A DNA stretch of 64,000 bases, taken from positions 153 to 64,152 of the forward strand of contig NZ_JBNAKP010000019.1 of the NCBI RefSeq assembly GCF_049706645.1. The letters are read 5' to 3'. The DNA is from Methanosarcina sp. GTDB taxonomy: Archaea > Halobacteriota > Methanosarcinia > Methanosarcinales > Methanosarcinaceae. Of the stretch, positions 18,416 to 29,257 are shown one piece after another (positions within the stretch are counted from its first letter, which is position 1; the number at the start of each line of letters is the position of its first letter). The notes beneath the pieces are model-generated. The model was not told the origin of the DNA. It was given only the letters and a program-made list of their open reading frames with translations, and ran no database searches. A program made the position numbers and the translations under genes.

Positions 18416-19210
18416 TTATGCTGATTTGAAGCCGTATTCTGCCAGGATTTCCTGTCCTCTGGTTCCGGTTACGAAAGCGACGAATTCCTGAGCTTCTTCC
18501 TTATCTGCTGATGCACTTACCACTGCTATGGGGTAAGTTATAGACTCGTTAACAGGGACTGTAAATGCTATTTCGTACAGGTCTTTCTGCCCGCTTTCGG
18601 CATCTGTAATGAACACAAAACCTGCATCGACTTCTCCGGTTTCCACATAAGTGAGTACCTGCTTCACATTTTCTCCAAGGATGACTTTGCCTTCAAGTTC
18701 TTCCCAGATCCCGGCTTTTTCCAGTGCATGTTTTGTATATTTTCCTATAGGTGTAGTTTCGGGGTTTCCAATTGCTATTTTCTCTACACTATCTGCAGTC
18801 AGGTCTTCTAAGGTCTCTGGGGTCTCAAAGTCTTTTTTTTCAGGCACTACCATAACGATGGTGTTTGCTGCAAAGTCTTTTCTTGAATCCTTTTCAATCA
18901 GGTTCTTCTCGGAAAGAAGGTCCATATCGCTCTCGGAAGCCGATGCGAATACATCAACAGGTGCCCCGGATTCAATCTGTGTCCGAAGAGTACCTGAACC
19001 TGCCAGATTCAGTTTTACCCCTGTGCCGGGATGGGCATTTTCAAACTCTTTTGCAATATCAGTAAACGCCTCGGTAAGGCTTGCAGCGGCTGAAACCGTA
19101 ATTGTTGTCGGCTTTTCTTCTGCCCCGGGGGAAACTGCAAGGAAGGCGACTATTCCAAGGCAGAGAACTGCTGCAAAAATCGGAAGTATCAATCTTCTTC
19201 CGTTCATCAT
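18416..19210 (-). CDS. modA: Molybdate ABC transporter substrate-binding protein
   Basis: VSAAASLTEAF, AGSGTLRTQIESGAPVDVFASA, IAIGNPETTPIGKY; N-terminal membrane anchor; start overlaps the nifN stop. Confidence 0.93.
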   Translation of the reverse strand: MMNGRRLILPIFAAVLCLGIVAFLAVSPGAEEKPTTITVSAAASLTEAFTDIAKEFENAHPGTGVKLNLAGSGTLRTQIESGAPVDVFASASESDMDLLSEKNLIEKDSRKDFAANTIVMVVPEKKDFETPETLEDLTADSVEKIAIGNPETTPIGKYTKHALEKAGIWEELEGKVILGENVKQVLTYVETGEVDAGFVFITDAESGQKDLYEIAFTVPVNESITYPIAVVSASADKEEAQEFVAFVTGTRGQEILAEYGFKSA

Positions 19211-20754
19211 ATTCCTTCCGTGCGTTCTTCTTCAGTTCCTTTACTGGTATATGCTGCCGGCTCTACCTGCATGGGTGCGGTAAAAGTATCCGTCGCTTCA
19301 AGGATCGTATTGGTGAGCCTGTCCAGCAGTTCCATCGCTCCCCTGTATCCGACAGTAAGAATACGCTGTGCGCCTACCCTGTCATGTATTGGCAGGCCGA
19401 CCCTTACAAGAGGAATGTCCCTTGCTTTTGCGATGTATCTGCCGTTTGAGTTCCCTATCAGGATATCAGGGCTGCGTTCAGTGACCGCATCATTGAGACT
19501 GTCAAAGTCAATTCCATCCAGAACCGAATATTTCAGTTCCGGCCTTATCTCTTCGAAAATTTGCCCGATTTTCTTCCCAAAGTACCGGCTTTTGCTCCCT
19601 GTGGCTACCAGCACGGGATGCATTCCGAGTTCCAGCATAAAAGTCGTCAGGCTGAATACCAGATCAGGATCCCCGTAGACCGCGGCTTTTACACCATAAA
19701 GGTATTTGTGGACATCTACCATGGCATCGAGGAGCCTGCCCCTTTCTTTCTGGTATTTTTCAGGGACAGGGCAGCCGATGATGTTGACCAGTTCCGTAAA
19801 GAAGAGGTCGGTGTTTGAAAGTCCGATAGGTATTGGGACATTATGTCCCGGAACTCCATGGGAAGCTTCAAGATATTCCACAGCCAGGTTTGCACTGACA
19901 ACACCCAGGCCGAGGCTTGCCCGGCTGTTTGGCATATCGGCAATCTCGGAAAGCGGAGTACCTCCGGAGGCTATTTTTGGAAGTCCCTCCTTCAGGGGTG
20001 CATCAAAGGTCTCGGAGATATCAGGCAGGAATATGTAATCTCCTGCAGTCTCTGCAAGGATTTCATTCAGTTCCCTCACGTCGGCTGGGGAGAGACTCTC
20101 GACCGGGATAAGGTTGAGTTTGCCATTTGCGGCTTCTTTCATATCAGGACTTTTTGCTTCCTGGGAGTTTTCCTTTGCCTTTTCTTTTTCCAGAATTTCC
20201 GTATATTCCAGAATTTCCATATTTTCCATGTAATCCATGATCTCGATATCTTCCGGAATTTTCGGTTTTTCCGGGTTTTCAGTAAACTTCCTGACAACTG
20301 CGTCCAGGGCTTTTATATACCCGCTTACATGGCTTTCCCCGTAGCTGGGGGTGGAAACCTGAATGATTATGATATCTTTTTCAGGGTCATCTCCAAGCCC
20401 TTCCTCCTCTTTGAATTCCCGGATAATCGAAGGCACATCGTCTCCTATTGTTTCGGCAAGGCAGGTGGTGGCAACTCCGATCACTTTCGGGTTGTACCTG
20501 TTGATCACGTTTCTCAACCCTTTTTTCAGGTTTTCCCTGCCTCCGTAGACCGCTCCTTTTTCACTGAGAGAACTTGATGCAATGTCCACAGGTTCCCTGA
20601 AGTGGTGGGCAAGGTGCAGGCGCATGTAGGTGCTGCAGCCCTGGGAGCCGTGGTAGAGGACCATGGTATTTTCAATTCCCTTGAAAGCGAGGGCACTTCC
20701 CATGGGCTGGCACATGATACAGGGGTTCACAGTAGCATAGTTTCTTTTCGTCAT
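19207..20754 (-). CDS. nifN: Nitrogenase FeMo-cofactor scaffold NifN
   Basis: NPCIMCQPMG, HGSQGC, TTCLAETIGDD; start at ATG 20754 behind GAGGAGGT; follows nifE. Confidence 0.92.
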   Translation of the reverse strand: MTKRNYATVNPCIMCQPMGSALAFKGIENTMVLYHGSQGCSTYMRLHLAHHFREPVDIASSSLSEKGAVYGGRENLKKGLRNVINRYNPKVIGVATTCLAETIGDDVPSIIREFKEEEGLGDDPEKDIIIIQVSTPSYGESHVSGYIKALDAVVRKFTENPEKPKIPEDIEIMDYMENMEILEYTEILEKEKAKENSQEAKSPDMKEAANGKLNLIPVESLSPADVRELNEILAETAGDYIFLPDISETFDAPLKEGLPKIASGGTPLSEIADMPNSRASLGLGVVSANLAVEYLEASHGVPGHNVPIPIGLSNTDLFFTELVNIIGCPVPEKYQKERGRLLDAMVDVHKYLYGVKAAVYGDPDLVFSLTTFMLELGMHPVLVATGSKSRYFGKKIGQIFEEIRPELKYSVLDGIDFDSLNDAVTERSPDILIGNSNGRYIAKARDIPLVRVGLPIHDRVGAQRILTVGYRGAMELLDRLTNTILEATDTFTAPMQVEPAAYTSKGTEEERTEGI

Positions 20755-20770
20755 CTCGATTACCTCTTCC

Positions 20771-22351
20771 TTACGCCTGGCTCTCAACTGCACTATCCGG
20801 TTCCGGGTTCAGGAAGCCCGGTTCGATGCCTGGTTCAATGGTTATATCTTCATACTCTTCGGCGTACGGTTCGCCTGGAGCCATTTCTTTTACTGCTGCT
20901 TTTTCTGTTCTCTCTGATTTTTTCTCTAACTTTTTCTTTGATTCTATTGCTTCGGGTTTCAGAATCCGTTGCCTGACAGCTTTCCAGACAGGGCTGTTGA
21001 TAGAGGCGTCCACCTCCTTCGCGAAGTTTACAAAGCCGTCAAAACCTTCGAACTCCACCACCCTGTCGTGGTTGAAATCACAGAAAGCAACACCCAGCTT
21101 GTATGCGATAAATCTCTCTTTTACCCCTGCAACCATGAGGTCGGCTTTCTGTTTCACGAGCAATTCGGCAAGCTCAAGAGGATTTGCATCATCCACAATA
21201 ACTGTGCCGTCCCTTACCGAATAACTGATCTGCTCGTAATCCTCTTTTTTCCCGGTCTGGGTCCCGATAATGACTACTTCCATTTCCAGTTCCGAAAAGC
21301 CTTTGATAAGCGTGAGAGCTTTTGCAGGCCCTCCCATGTAGATGGCGGCCTTTTTTCCCCTGACCCTTTCCCGAACCCCGACGATTTCAGGCATTATGCG
21401 GTTTGTTTCGGTTTCCAGGATTTTTTCGGCTTTTTCTTTCATAGCTTCAGAGCCAAAGTAATCCGCAGTTTTTCGCAGGGCCAGAGAGATATCTTCGATT
21501 CCGAAGAAACTTACGTTTAAATACGGGACCTCAAACTCTTCCTGCATCCATTTTGCAAGATACATCATGGACCCGCTGCACTGGACAAGATTAAGGTCGG
21601 CTTCGGCGGCTCTTGAGATGGATTTTGCAGTCGAGTCCCCTGTCATTGAGACTATAACCTCGATTCCCATTTGCTCAAAGAGAGGCTTTATGAGCCAGAC
21701 GTCTCCGGCCACGTTGAAATCCCCTAAAATGTTAATCTTCGGCTTTATGGTTTCAGTAGGCCTCAGGCTTTTTTTTGCAGTTCCGTCCTCCTGAGGTCTT
21801 TTGATCAGCTTTTTTAAGGCGTCACAGGCAGCCTTGTACCCGTCGGACTTGTTTCCTTTGAAACCTTCGGACTTTACGGGAAGTACCGGGATATTGTGCG
21901 TCTTGCTTGCTGTTTTGCATACGGAATCAAGGTCGTCTCCGATAATTCCTACAATGCATGTGGAATACACGAAGACCACCGGGGGATGGTAAATGCCCAC
22001 CAGTTCGTCGATTGCGTTTGAGAGTTTTTTCTCTCCTCCGAATACGACATCGATCTCTTTCATATCCGTGCTGAAACTGCTGCGGTTCGTTTCAAGCCCG
22101 CTGGATTTTGCACCCCGAATATCCCAGGTATAGCCTGCACAGCCGATAGGGCCGTGAACCAGATGGACGGCATCTGTTACGGGGTTTAAGACAACCCGGG
22201 CTCCCGAATAGACGCATGCCCGCTGGCTGATGGCTCCTGCAAGGGAGTTGTTATCGCAGGCAAGAGGAACTACCTGCCCCTTTTCCTGCTTTCTGGTGAT
22301 GTATGGTTGCCTTTCTTCGAGAGTATCCACTATCCCGGTTTTCTCAATCAT
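20771..22351 (-). CDS. nifE: Nitrogenase FeMo-cofactor scaffold NifE
   Basis: SQRACVYSGAR, HGPIGCAGY, YSTCIVGIIGDD, NLVQCSGS; ATG 22351 is better spaced from the GAGGGG RBS than GTG 22360. Confidence 0.94.
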   Translation of the reverse strand: MIEKTGIVDTLEERQPYITRKQEKGQVVPLACDNNSLAGAISQRACVYSGARVVLNPVTDAVHLVHGPIGCAGYTWDIRGAKSSGLETNRSSFSTDMKEIDVVFGGEKKLSNAIDELVGIYHPPVVFVYSTCIVGIIGDDLDSVCKTASKTHNIPVLPVKSEGFKGNKSDGYKAACDALKKLIKRPQEDGTAKKSLRPTETIKPKINILGDFNVAGDVWLIKPLFEQMGIEVIVSMTGDSTAKSISRAAEADLNLVQCSGSMMYLAKWMQEEFEVPYLNVSFFGIEDISLALRKTADYFGSEAMKEKAEKILETETNRIMPEIVGVRERVRGKKAAIYMGGPAKALTLIKGFSELEMEVVIIGTQTGKKEDYEQISYSVRDGTVIVDDANPLELAELLVKQKADLMVAGVKERFIAYKLGVAFCDFNHDRVVEFEGFDGFVNFAKEVDASINSPVWKAVRQRILKPEAIESKKKLEKKSERTEKAAVKEMAPGEPYAEEYEDITIEPGIEPGFLNPEPDSAVESQA

Positions 22352-22535
22352 CTCTTTCACTCCCCTCTGCTTCTGTTTCCAGGTTTGCAGCGGCGGTTTT
22401 CCATTTCTCCCGTTTTTATGTTATCAGTTTTTAAGTTCTCGGTTTTAACTTCCCGGTTTTGCTTTTAGGTTTAAAACTCCGTATTTTTCAACCTCTGCAT
22501 TCTTCCGGGAATCAGTTATCTTAAGGCCAGGCTCC

Positions 22536-23906
22536 TTACTGAATGGTCTCGAGCAGCCAGTCTGGCGCATCTCTGTCTTTCCTGTCAAGCAGGGTATTTC
22601 CTATGCGCTCCACCAGTCGTGCAGCTCCGGCGTACCCCATGATCGGGAAATAATGCAGGTTTGCCCGGTCCATGATCGGAAAACCTACCCTGACCAGGGG
22701 CACATCCTCTGCCCTTGATATGAATTTCCCATATGTGTTGCCGATTAGGAGGTCCACGGGCTTTCGCTTGATGATCTGGTGGAGCATGAAGAGGTCCCCT
22801 CCCGAAATAATATCGGCGTCCGGGTACTCGGAACCTATTAGTCCTTCGACTTCTTTTTCAAACTCTGAGTTCTGGGTTCCGGTGAGGACAACACCCGGTT
22901 CCATGCCCATTTCCAGTACAAGGCTCGTAAGCCCTGAGATTATGTCCGGGTCCCCGTAAATGGCTACCTTTTTTCCATGGTAATGGGGGTGGGCGTCAGT
23001 CATCATGTCAACAAGCCTTCCCCTCTCATCTTCAATTTCCGGGGGAATCGCCACACTGGCAAGTTTTGCTGCATTCATGATAAAACGGTCAGTGTTTCTG
23101 ATCCCTATGGGGGTAGGCCCTATTTTTGCCGGGACTTTATAGCGGCTTTCCAGGATCTTTGCGGCAGCCCCTCCTGCCATCCTGCAGGGAGCGATTGTTC
23201 CCACGGAGTTTGCGGAATCTTCTATATCCCCTATCGGAGTCCCACCTTTCGGGTACATGCCCTGCTCTCCGGTGAGAGGAGCGTCAAAGACATCAGTCGT
23301 GTCCGGGAAGACGATGATTGAGATTCCCATTATTGAGAGTATGCGTTTCATTTCCCGAATATCGGCAGGTTCCACGAAACCAGGGATGATGTTGAGTTTC
23401 CCGTTTGGCTTGCTTTTTCTGGCAAAGGTGGTCACGAAGGATTTTACCATATTGTCATAGCCGGTAATGTGGGTGCCCACATAGCTTGGAGTGGAGGCTG
23501 CACAGATCTTTATGGATGGGTCTATAAGCTCTTCCATCCGGACATCTTCTACGATAGTATTTACGTCGTCTCCTATGGTCTCGGCTACGCAGGTAGTGTG
23601 AATGGCGATCACGTCGGGCCTGTAGGTTGTGGTGAGGTTTTCGAGGGCTTCCTTGAGGTTTGCTGCACCTCCGAAGACGGCGGTTCCTTCAGAGAAACTG
23701 CTGGTCGTTCCAATGGGGTTTTCACGGTAGTGCCTGCTCAGGCACATGCGCAGGTATGAGAGGCAGCCCTGTGATCCGTGGCTATGTGGCATGCAGTTGT
23801 GTACACCAAGCGCAGCATAGACTGCGCCTATTGGCTGGCAGATTTTTGCAGGGTTGATGGTTACTGCTTCTCTGGTTACTTCTTCACATGGGGTATAGTC
23901 TAACAT
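22536..23906 (-). CDS. nifK: Mo-nitrogenase beta subunit
   Basis: INPAKICQPIG, HGSQGCLSY, TTCVAETIGDD P-cluster ligands; VGFPIMDR. Confidence 0.96.
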   Translation of the reverse strand: MLDYTPCEEVTREAVTINPAKICQPIGAVYAALGVHNCMPHSHGSQGCLSYLRMCLSRHYRENPIGTTSSFSEGTAVFGGAANLKEALENLTTTYRPDVIAIHTTCVAETIGDDVNTIVEDVRMEELIDPSIKICAASTPSYVGTHITGYDNMVKSFVTTFARKSKPNGKLNIIPGFVEPADIREMKRILSIMGISIIVFPDTTDVFDAPLTGEQGMYPKGGTPIGDIEDSANSVGTIAPCRMAGGAAAKILESRYKVPAKIGPTPIGIRNTDRFIMNAAKLASVAIPPEIEDERGRLVDMMTDAHPHYHGKKVAIYGDPDIISGLTSLVLEMGMEPGVVLTGTQNSEFEKEVEGLIGSEYPDADIISGGDLFMLHQIIKRKPVDLLIGNTYGKFISRAEDVPLVRVGFPIMDRANLHYFPIMGYAGAARLVERIGNTLLDRKDRDAPDWLLETIQ

Positions 23907-23919
23907 TTTTTGTCCCTCC

Positions 23920-25518
23920 TTACTCTGCTCCTTCTCCTTTCCATGGCGGGCGTATGAATCTCCAGGTGGGGCTGTGCATAGCCATATCTATGTCCCGTGC
24001 GAAATTCAGAACCCCGGAAAAGCCAGTGTAGCGACCGCTGTAGTCATACGAATGGATCTGCCTTGAGGGGATCCCGAGTTTCTGGGCCCAGTACTTGTCC
24101 TTGATTCCCGAACAGAAGATGTCGGGTTTAAGGGTCCTTAAGAGGGCTTCGGTTTCGTGGTGGTTGAGGTCGTCAATGACAATGGTTCCGTCTTGCATTT
24201 CAGGGAAAAGTCCCTCATATTCCATGAGTCCGATTTTCGTTTTCAGCTCTTCAATCCGCTCCTTGCTGACTGCGGGTTTGACGTTTTCATCTCTTTCGTA
24301 GTGCACATCCTCCAGAATTGATCCAAGAGCGTTTCCCTTCATCTGGGGGATGATCTGCCTGCCTTCGTAGTCGTCCCTGTGGGCGAACTGGTAGCCTGCA
24401 ACAATTACTTTCATGCCAAGCTCTTCGAAGAGGTTCGTATAGTGATGACTCCTGGAACCTCCGGAGTAGATGAAGGCGGTTTTTCCCTGGAGTTTCTTTC
24501 TGTACCTCTGGATTTCATCCGCGTACTTTGCGGTTTCTTCGGCAATTATTTCTTCAGTCTTCCGGGTAAGTTCCGGGTTCTCAAAGAACTGTGCCATTTT
24601 CCGGAGGGATTTGGCTGTCATCTTCGTGCCTACATAATTGACCTTCAACCAGGGAATCCCATATTTTTCTTCCATCATCTGGTTTGTGTAGTTGATGGAA
24701 CGGTGGCAGAGCAGGATACTGAGCTTTGCCCTGTGGGCCTGTGCAATTTTGTGGAACGAGCCGTCTCCGGTCAGGCTTGAAACTATTCTGTACCCGATTT
24801 TTTCAAAGATCGGCTGGATTTCCCAAAGGTCCCCTCCTATGTTGTATTCTCCGAAGATATTAATGTCAAAGGGGGTGGGGTTTTCCAGTTCTTCGGTTCC
24901 TATCAGGTTTTCCATCAGGGCGTTGCTGGCAATGTGGTGGCCTGCCGACTGGCTGACTCCTCTGTATCCTTCGCAGCGGGCGGGGATTATCTTTATCCCA
25001 TGCTCTTTTTCAGCTTCCCTTGAAACGGCTTCAATGTCGTCTCCGATAAGCCCTACGGGGCAGGTTGCGCAGATGGTGATAGCTTCTGGGTTGAAGATTT
25101 TCACAATCTCGTCAATAGCTTTTTTGAGCTTCTTCTCTCCCCCAAAGACGATATCGGTTTCCTTCATGTCAGTGCATACGCAGTAATTCATGAAGTTGTC
25201 TCCACCTTCCTCTGCCTTTGCAAGGTTCCGCCTGGTTCCCCAGGTGAAGTAAGCACAGCCTATGGGGCCGTGAACCAGGTGGACCATGTCCTTGATCGGC
25301 CCGAAGACCACACCCTTGGTACCTGCAAAGGCACAACCGCGATTTGTGAGGATGCCGGGAATTACCTTATCGTCAGCTTCTATGTGCTGTTCGGTGGAAC
25401 AGTCCCTGACAACTATGTGTTTTCTCCTGTTCCTTGCAGCTTTTTCCGGGAGCACCTTCAGCATGTTATCGACAAGTTTTTGTTTGTCTTCAATTCCCGA
25501 ACCAATTTCCGCTCCCAT
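23920..25518 (-). CDS. nifD: Mo-nitrogenase alpha subunit (group II, with ~50-aa insertion)
   Basis: RGCAFAG, GPIGC, TCPVGLIGDD, LLCHRS (FeMoco Cys), QIHSYDY (His ligand), YQFAHRDDYE. Confidence 0.97.
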   Translation of the reverse strand: MGAEIGSGIEDKQKLVDNMLKVLPEKAARNRRKHIVVRDCSTEQHIEADDKVIPGILTNRGCAFAGTKGVVFGPIKDMVHLVHGPIGCAYFTWGTRRNLAKAEEGGDNFMNYCVCTDMKETDIVFGGEKKLKKAIDEIVKIFNPEAITICATCPVGLIGDDIEAVSREAEKEHGIKIIPARCEGYRGVSQSAGHHIASNALMENLIGTEELENPTPFDINIFGEYNIGGDLWEIQPIFEKIGYRIVSSLTGDGSFHKIAQAHRAKLSILLCHRSINYTNQMMEEKYGIPWLKVNYVGTKMTAKSLRKMAQFFENPELTRKTEEIIAEETAKYADEIQRYRKKLQGKTAFIYSGGSRSHHYTNLFEELGMKVIVAGYQFAHRDDYEGRQIIPQMKGNALGSILEDVHYERDENVKPAVSKERIEELKTKIGLMEYEGLFPEMQDGTIVIDDLNHHETEALLRTLKPDIFCSGIKDKYWAQKLGIPSRQIHSYDYSGRYTGFSGVLNFARDIDMAMHSPTWRFIRPPWKGEGAE

Positions 25519-25899
25519 TTATACCAGCTCCCTGTTAACGGTTGATTCTCCGCTCTCTCCAGTCCGGATGCGGAGCGCTTCACTAATATTTGACACGAAA
25601 ATCTTTCCGTCTCCAAGATGCCCTGTCTGATTTACCTCGACGATTTTCTGAACGATTTCGCTCACATTGTCATCGTCCACGACAACCGTGAACATCCTTT
25701 TTGGAATGAAGCGGATACAGGTTTCAGATTCCTTATTTTCGGAATCAGGCAGGGGAGGATCAAACTCGAAGCAAAGCCCTTTTTGTTTCCCCCGGCCCAT
25801 TACCCTTCTTACGGTAAATGAAGGAAAGCCGCACTCCAGCAGGACGTCTTTGGTTTTCTGGACTTTATTCATCCTGATTATCGCAGTAATTTCTTTCAT
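25519..25899 (-). CDS. nifI2: PII-family nitrogenase regulator NifI2
   Basis: [33 protein letters not shown]; lies between nifI1 and nifD. Confidence 0.93.
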   Translation of the reverse strand: MKEITAIIRMNKVQKTKDVLLECGFPSFTVRRVMGRGKQKGLCFEFDPPLPDSENKESETCIRFIPKRMFTVVVDDDNVSEIVQKIVEVNQTGHLGDGKIFVSNISEALRIRTGESGESTVNRELV

Positions 25900-25924
25900 G
25901 GGATTCTCCTCTGAAAATCCGGCT

Positions 25925-26242
25925 TTAAAGTCCTGGCTTTCCAGTCCTTATGGTATAGGCTTCTTCCACAGGGCTTACGAAGATTCTCCCATCTCCGTAT
26001 TTTCCGGTTCTGGCGGATTCCACTATGGTTTCTACAACCTTGTCCTTATGTTCGTCTTCGACTACTATCAGAAGCATGGTTTTCTGAAGTTCGTCATAGT
26101 GAATGTCTGCTATATGGATCCCTTTCTGTTTTCCTCTTCCGAAAACTTCCATTTTCGTAAGGGAAATACAGCCCTCTTTTTCAAGGCTCTCGACAACTTT
26201 AGTTTCCATGCCTGGCCTGATAATTGCACGTATCATCTGCAT
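25925..26242 (-). CDS. nifI1: PII-family nitrogenase regulator NifI1
   Basis: [43 protein letters not shown]. Confidence 0.93.
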   Translation of the reverse strand: MQMIRAIIRPGMETKVVESLEKEGCISLTKMEVFGRGKQKGIHIADIHYDELQKTMLLIVVEDEHKDKVVETIVESARTGKYGDGRIFVSPVEEAYTIRTGKPGL

Positions 26243-26270
26243 CGTTTTCAGCTCCTCTGCATCTCAACAA

Positions 26271-27107
<837 letters not shown>

Positions 27108-27121
27108 TTAATTTGCTTTCC

Positions 27122-27177
27122 ACCAGCTCTAGGAAGCCGGTAACCGTTGTACTATGCTATACTATTTATAACTTTGC
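27122..27177 (-). promoter_or_regulatory. nifH promoter with degenerate NrpR-type operator
   Basis: Minus strand reads GCAAAG-TTATAAATA (27163-27171), then ACCGGCTTCC (27132-27141) at the expected start site. Confidence 0.55.
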
Positions 27178-27293
27178 AATCATTGAAAAATCTGTTATCA
27201 TTAATTGCCTTTATTTTCTGAACTTCGGGAAAGGATTTAATAAATAGTTCCCTGTAAACTGCAAAGCAAAATGAATGACAGGAAGACCCTTTC

Positions 27294-28484
27294 ATGATCC
27301 CCGAAGCCTCTTATGATGTAATTGTCGTGGGCGCAGGTCCTGCAGGTTCTACATCCGCCCTGTATGCTGCAAAGAACGGCGCCTCGGTGCTTCTTCTTGA
27401 CAGAAAAAGAGAAATTGGCAGCCCTATTCAGTGTGCCGGCTTTCTTCCCGATGCTTCGGAAGTCCAGGCCCTGCTCCGTGATGCCAGGCTGCCGGATACG
27501 CTGAAAAATTATCCTGATTCCTGCGTACTGCAGCGAATTGATACTCAGCGCATTGTCCCTCCAAACTGCAATATAAAAGAGTTCGCTGTCAGGGGTGCAG
27601 TCCTTGACCGGCGCAGATATGACCAGTTCCTTGCCGAGCAGGCAGCAAGAGCAGGGGCTGAACTCATGGTCAAAACCCGCGCAACAAAAATTGAGGGCAC
27701 GACTGTTGAGACTTCAGGAGTCTTTGGAAAGCACAGAGTAAAAGCAAAAGCTATCATAGGAGCCGACGGCCCCAATTCCCTGGTCGCAAAATCAAAAGGG
27801 CTTGTGCTTAAGCCCGAATCAAGGGAAATCTCGGTTGCTATTGAATACCAGGTCAGGAATGTGGATATCGATCCTTCTGCTCTGGAGATGTATTTCGGAA
27901 AGGATTTCGTGCCCGGCGGCTATGCCTGGATTTTTCCCGAAGGCAGGGGCAGGGCAAACGTGGGAATCGGAATCCGGAGCGGAATGGCTGAGAAAAAGAT
28001 CTCTGCAAAAGAATACCTCCACCGCTTTATGCGGGATCATCCTCTTGCAGGGCCGAAATTGAAACACAGCATAATCATGAATGTGGTTGCAGGCGTTATC
28101 CCTGTAAACGGCGCTCCGGAAAGAACCGCAACCGAAAACACTCTGATTGTAGGGGATGCAGCCGGCCAGATTTTTGCAACAAACGGAGGTGGAATCCCTC
28201 CTGCAATGATCGCCGGAAAGATAGCAGGAGAAACTGCAGCCGAATTTGCAGCCGGGAAGTGCAGGCTTGAAGAGTATGACCGCCGCTGGCGAGCTCAATT
28301 CGGATCTGCACTTGAAACCTCAGTGCAGGCAAGGCAACTCATGGATGGGGTTATGAAATCCGATACTCTCATGAACGCAGCTTTCAAACTTATTTCCCCT
28401 GAGCAGATGAAAGTCATGCAATGCGGGAAACTCCCTGCTCCCGTAAAACTCGGGCTCCAGGCCCTGAACCGGGGAAAGAAATAG
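27294..28484 (+). CDS. Geranylgeranyl reductase family flavoprotein
   Basis: DVIVVGAGPAG, QCAG, IGADG, GGYAWIFP, VGDAAG...GGGI; ends in TAG. Confidence 0.9.
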   Translation: MIPEASYDVIVVGAGPAGSTSALYAAKNGASVLLLDRKREIGSPIQCAGFLPDASEVQALLRDARLPDTLKNYPDSCVLQRIDTQRIVPPNCNIKEFAVRGAVLDRRRYDQFLAEQAARAGAELMVKTRATKIEGTTVETSGVFGKHRVKAKAIIGADGPNSLVAKSKGLVLKPESREISVAIEYQVRNVDIDPSALEMYFGKDFVPGGYAWIFPEGRGRANVGIGIRSGMAEKKISAKEYLHRFMRDHPLAGPKLKHSIIMNVVAGVIPVNGAPERTATENTLIVGDAAGQIFATNGGGIPPAMIAGKIAGETAAEFAAGKCRLEEYDRRWRAQFGSALETSVQARQLMDGVMKSDTLMNAAFKLISPEQMKVMQCGKLPAPVKLGLQALNRGKK

Positions 28485-28549
28485 TCGGTATGGAAAACCG
28501 GAAAGAAGAATAACCTGTGTCTGGAGGAAAAGGATAGAAGTTAATTTTA

Positions 28550-28583
28550 TCTAATAAAAGGCAAGGTCTAATAAAAGGCAAGG
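28550..28583. repeat. 17-bp tandem repeat x2
   Basis: TCTAATAAAAGGCAAGG at 28550 and 28567. Confidence 0.75.
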
Positions 28584-28614
28584 GAGAAAAGATCTGTAGC
28601 TCGGGTCTCCATAT

Positions 28615-28983
28615 TTACTCTTCTTTCTTTTTCGCAGTTGTTTCTTCTTCCTTCTCTCCGGCTTTTACTCTGGATGCCCTTATTTTTCTTAATTCGGTTT
28701 CTGCATCTTCTTTATTATACCTTGCTTCCGGGTAGACAGGCCGGATCTCAAGGGCTTTGTCAAAGGAGGCAATAGCTTCTTCGTACCGTTTGAGGACGAC
28801 GTATTCAAGCCCCCTGAGGTTCCAGACTCCTGCAAAATCAGGTTTCAGCTTCAGAACCTTATCAAAGTACTCGATCTTTTTTTCGGGATCGGTTTCACCG
28901 ACCGCAAGCCCATACCATTCCTCTGCAGTTTTGCCTTCCACTTTCTTTTTGAATAAGCTGTCCAGAAATCCCAATGGCATCAC
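28615..28983 (-). CDS. Small tetratricopeptide repeat protein
   Basis: YFDKVLKLKPDFAGVWNLRG...YEEAIASFDKALEIRP TPR pattern. Confidence 0.8.
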   Translation of the reverse strand: MMPLGFLDSLFKKKVEGKTAEEWYGLAVGETDPEKKIEYFDKVLKLKPDFAGVWNLRGLEYVVLKRYEEAIASFDKALEIRPVYPEARYNKEDAETELRKIRASRVKAGEKEEETTAKKKEE

Positions 28984-29257
28984 TTCCTATTTAGAAGATT
29001 GTCTGGCAGGTAGAAATAGATAATTATTCTTTTAGCCAGAACGACAAAAAGAAAATAAAATCAGAATGTGGAAAAAATAAAATCAAAATGCAAAAAATCG
29101 GAACATGAGATAGAAAATAAAACCATGACGCAAATCGAAAATATAATCAGAACTCTGGATAAATCGAAAATAAATTGAAACTCCGGATGAAAACTAAAAT
29201 CAAATGCGTGAGATAGTAAAAATTTAAGAGTATTTAAAAAAAGAAAAGTTTGAAAGC

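Noticed and set aside
29040-29220. Purine-rich degenerate repeat tract
   Set aside because: No stable unit length; treated as low-complexity spacer.
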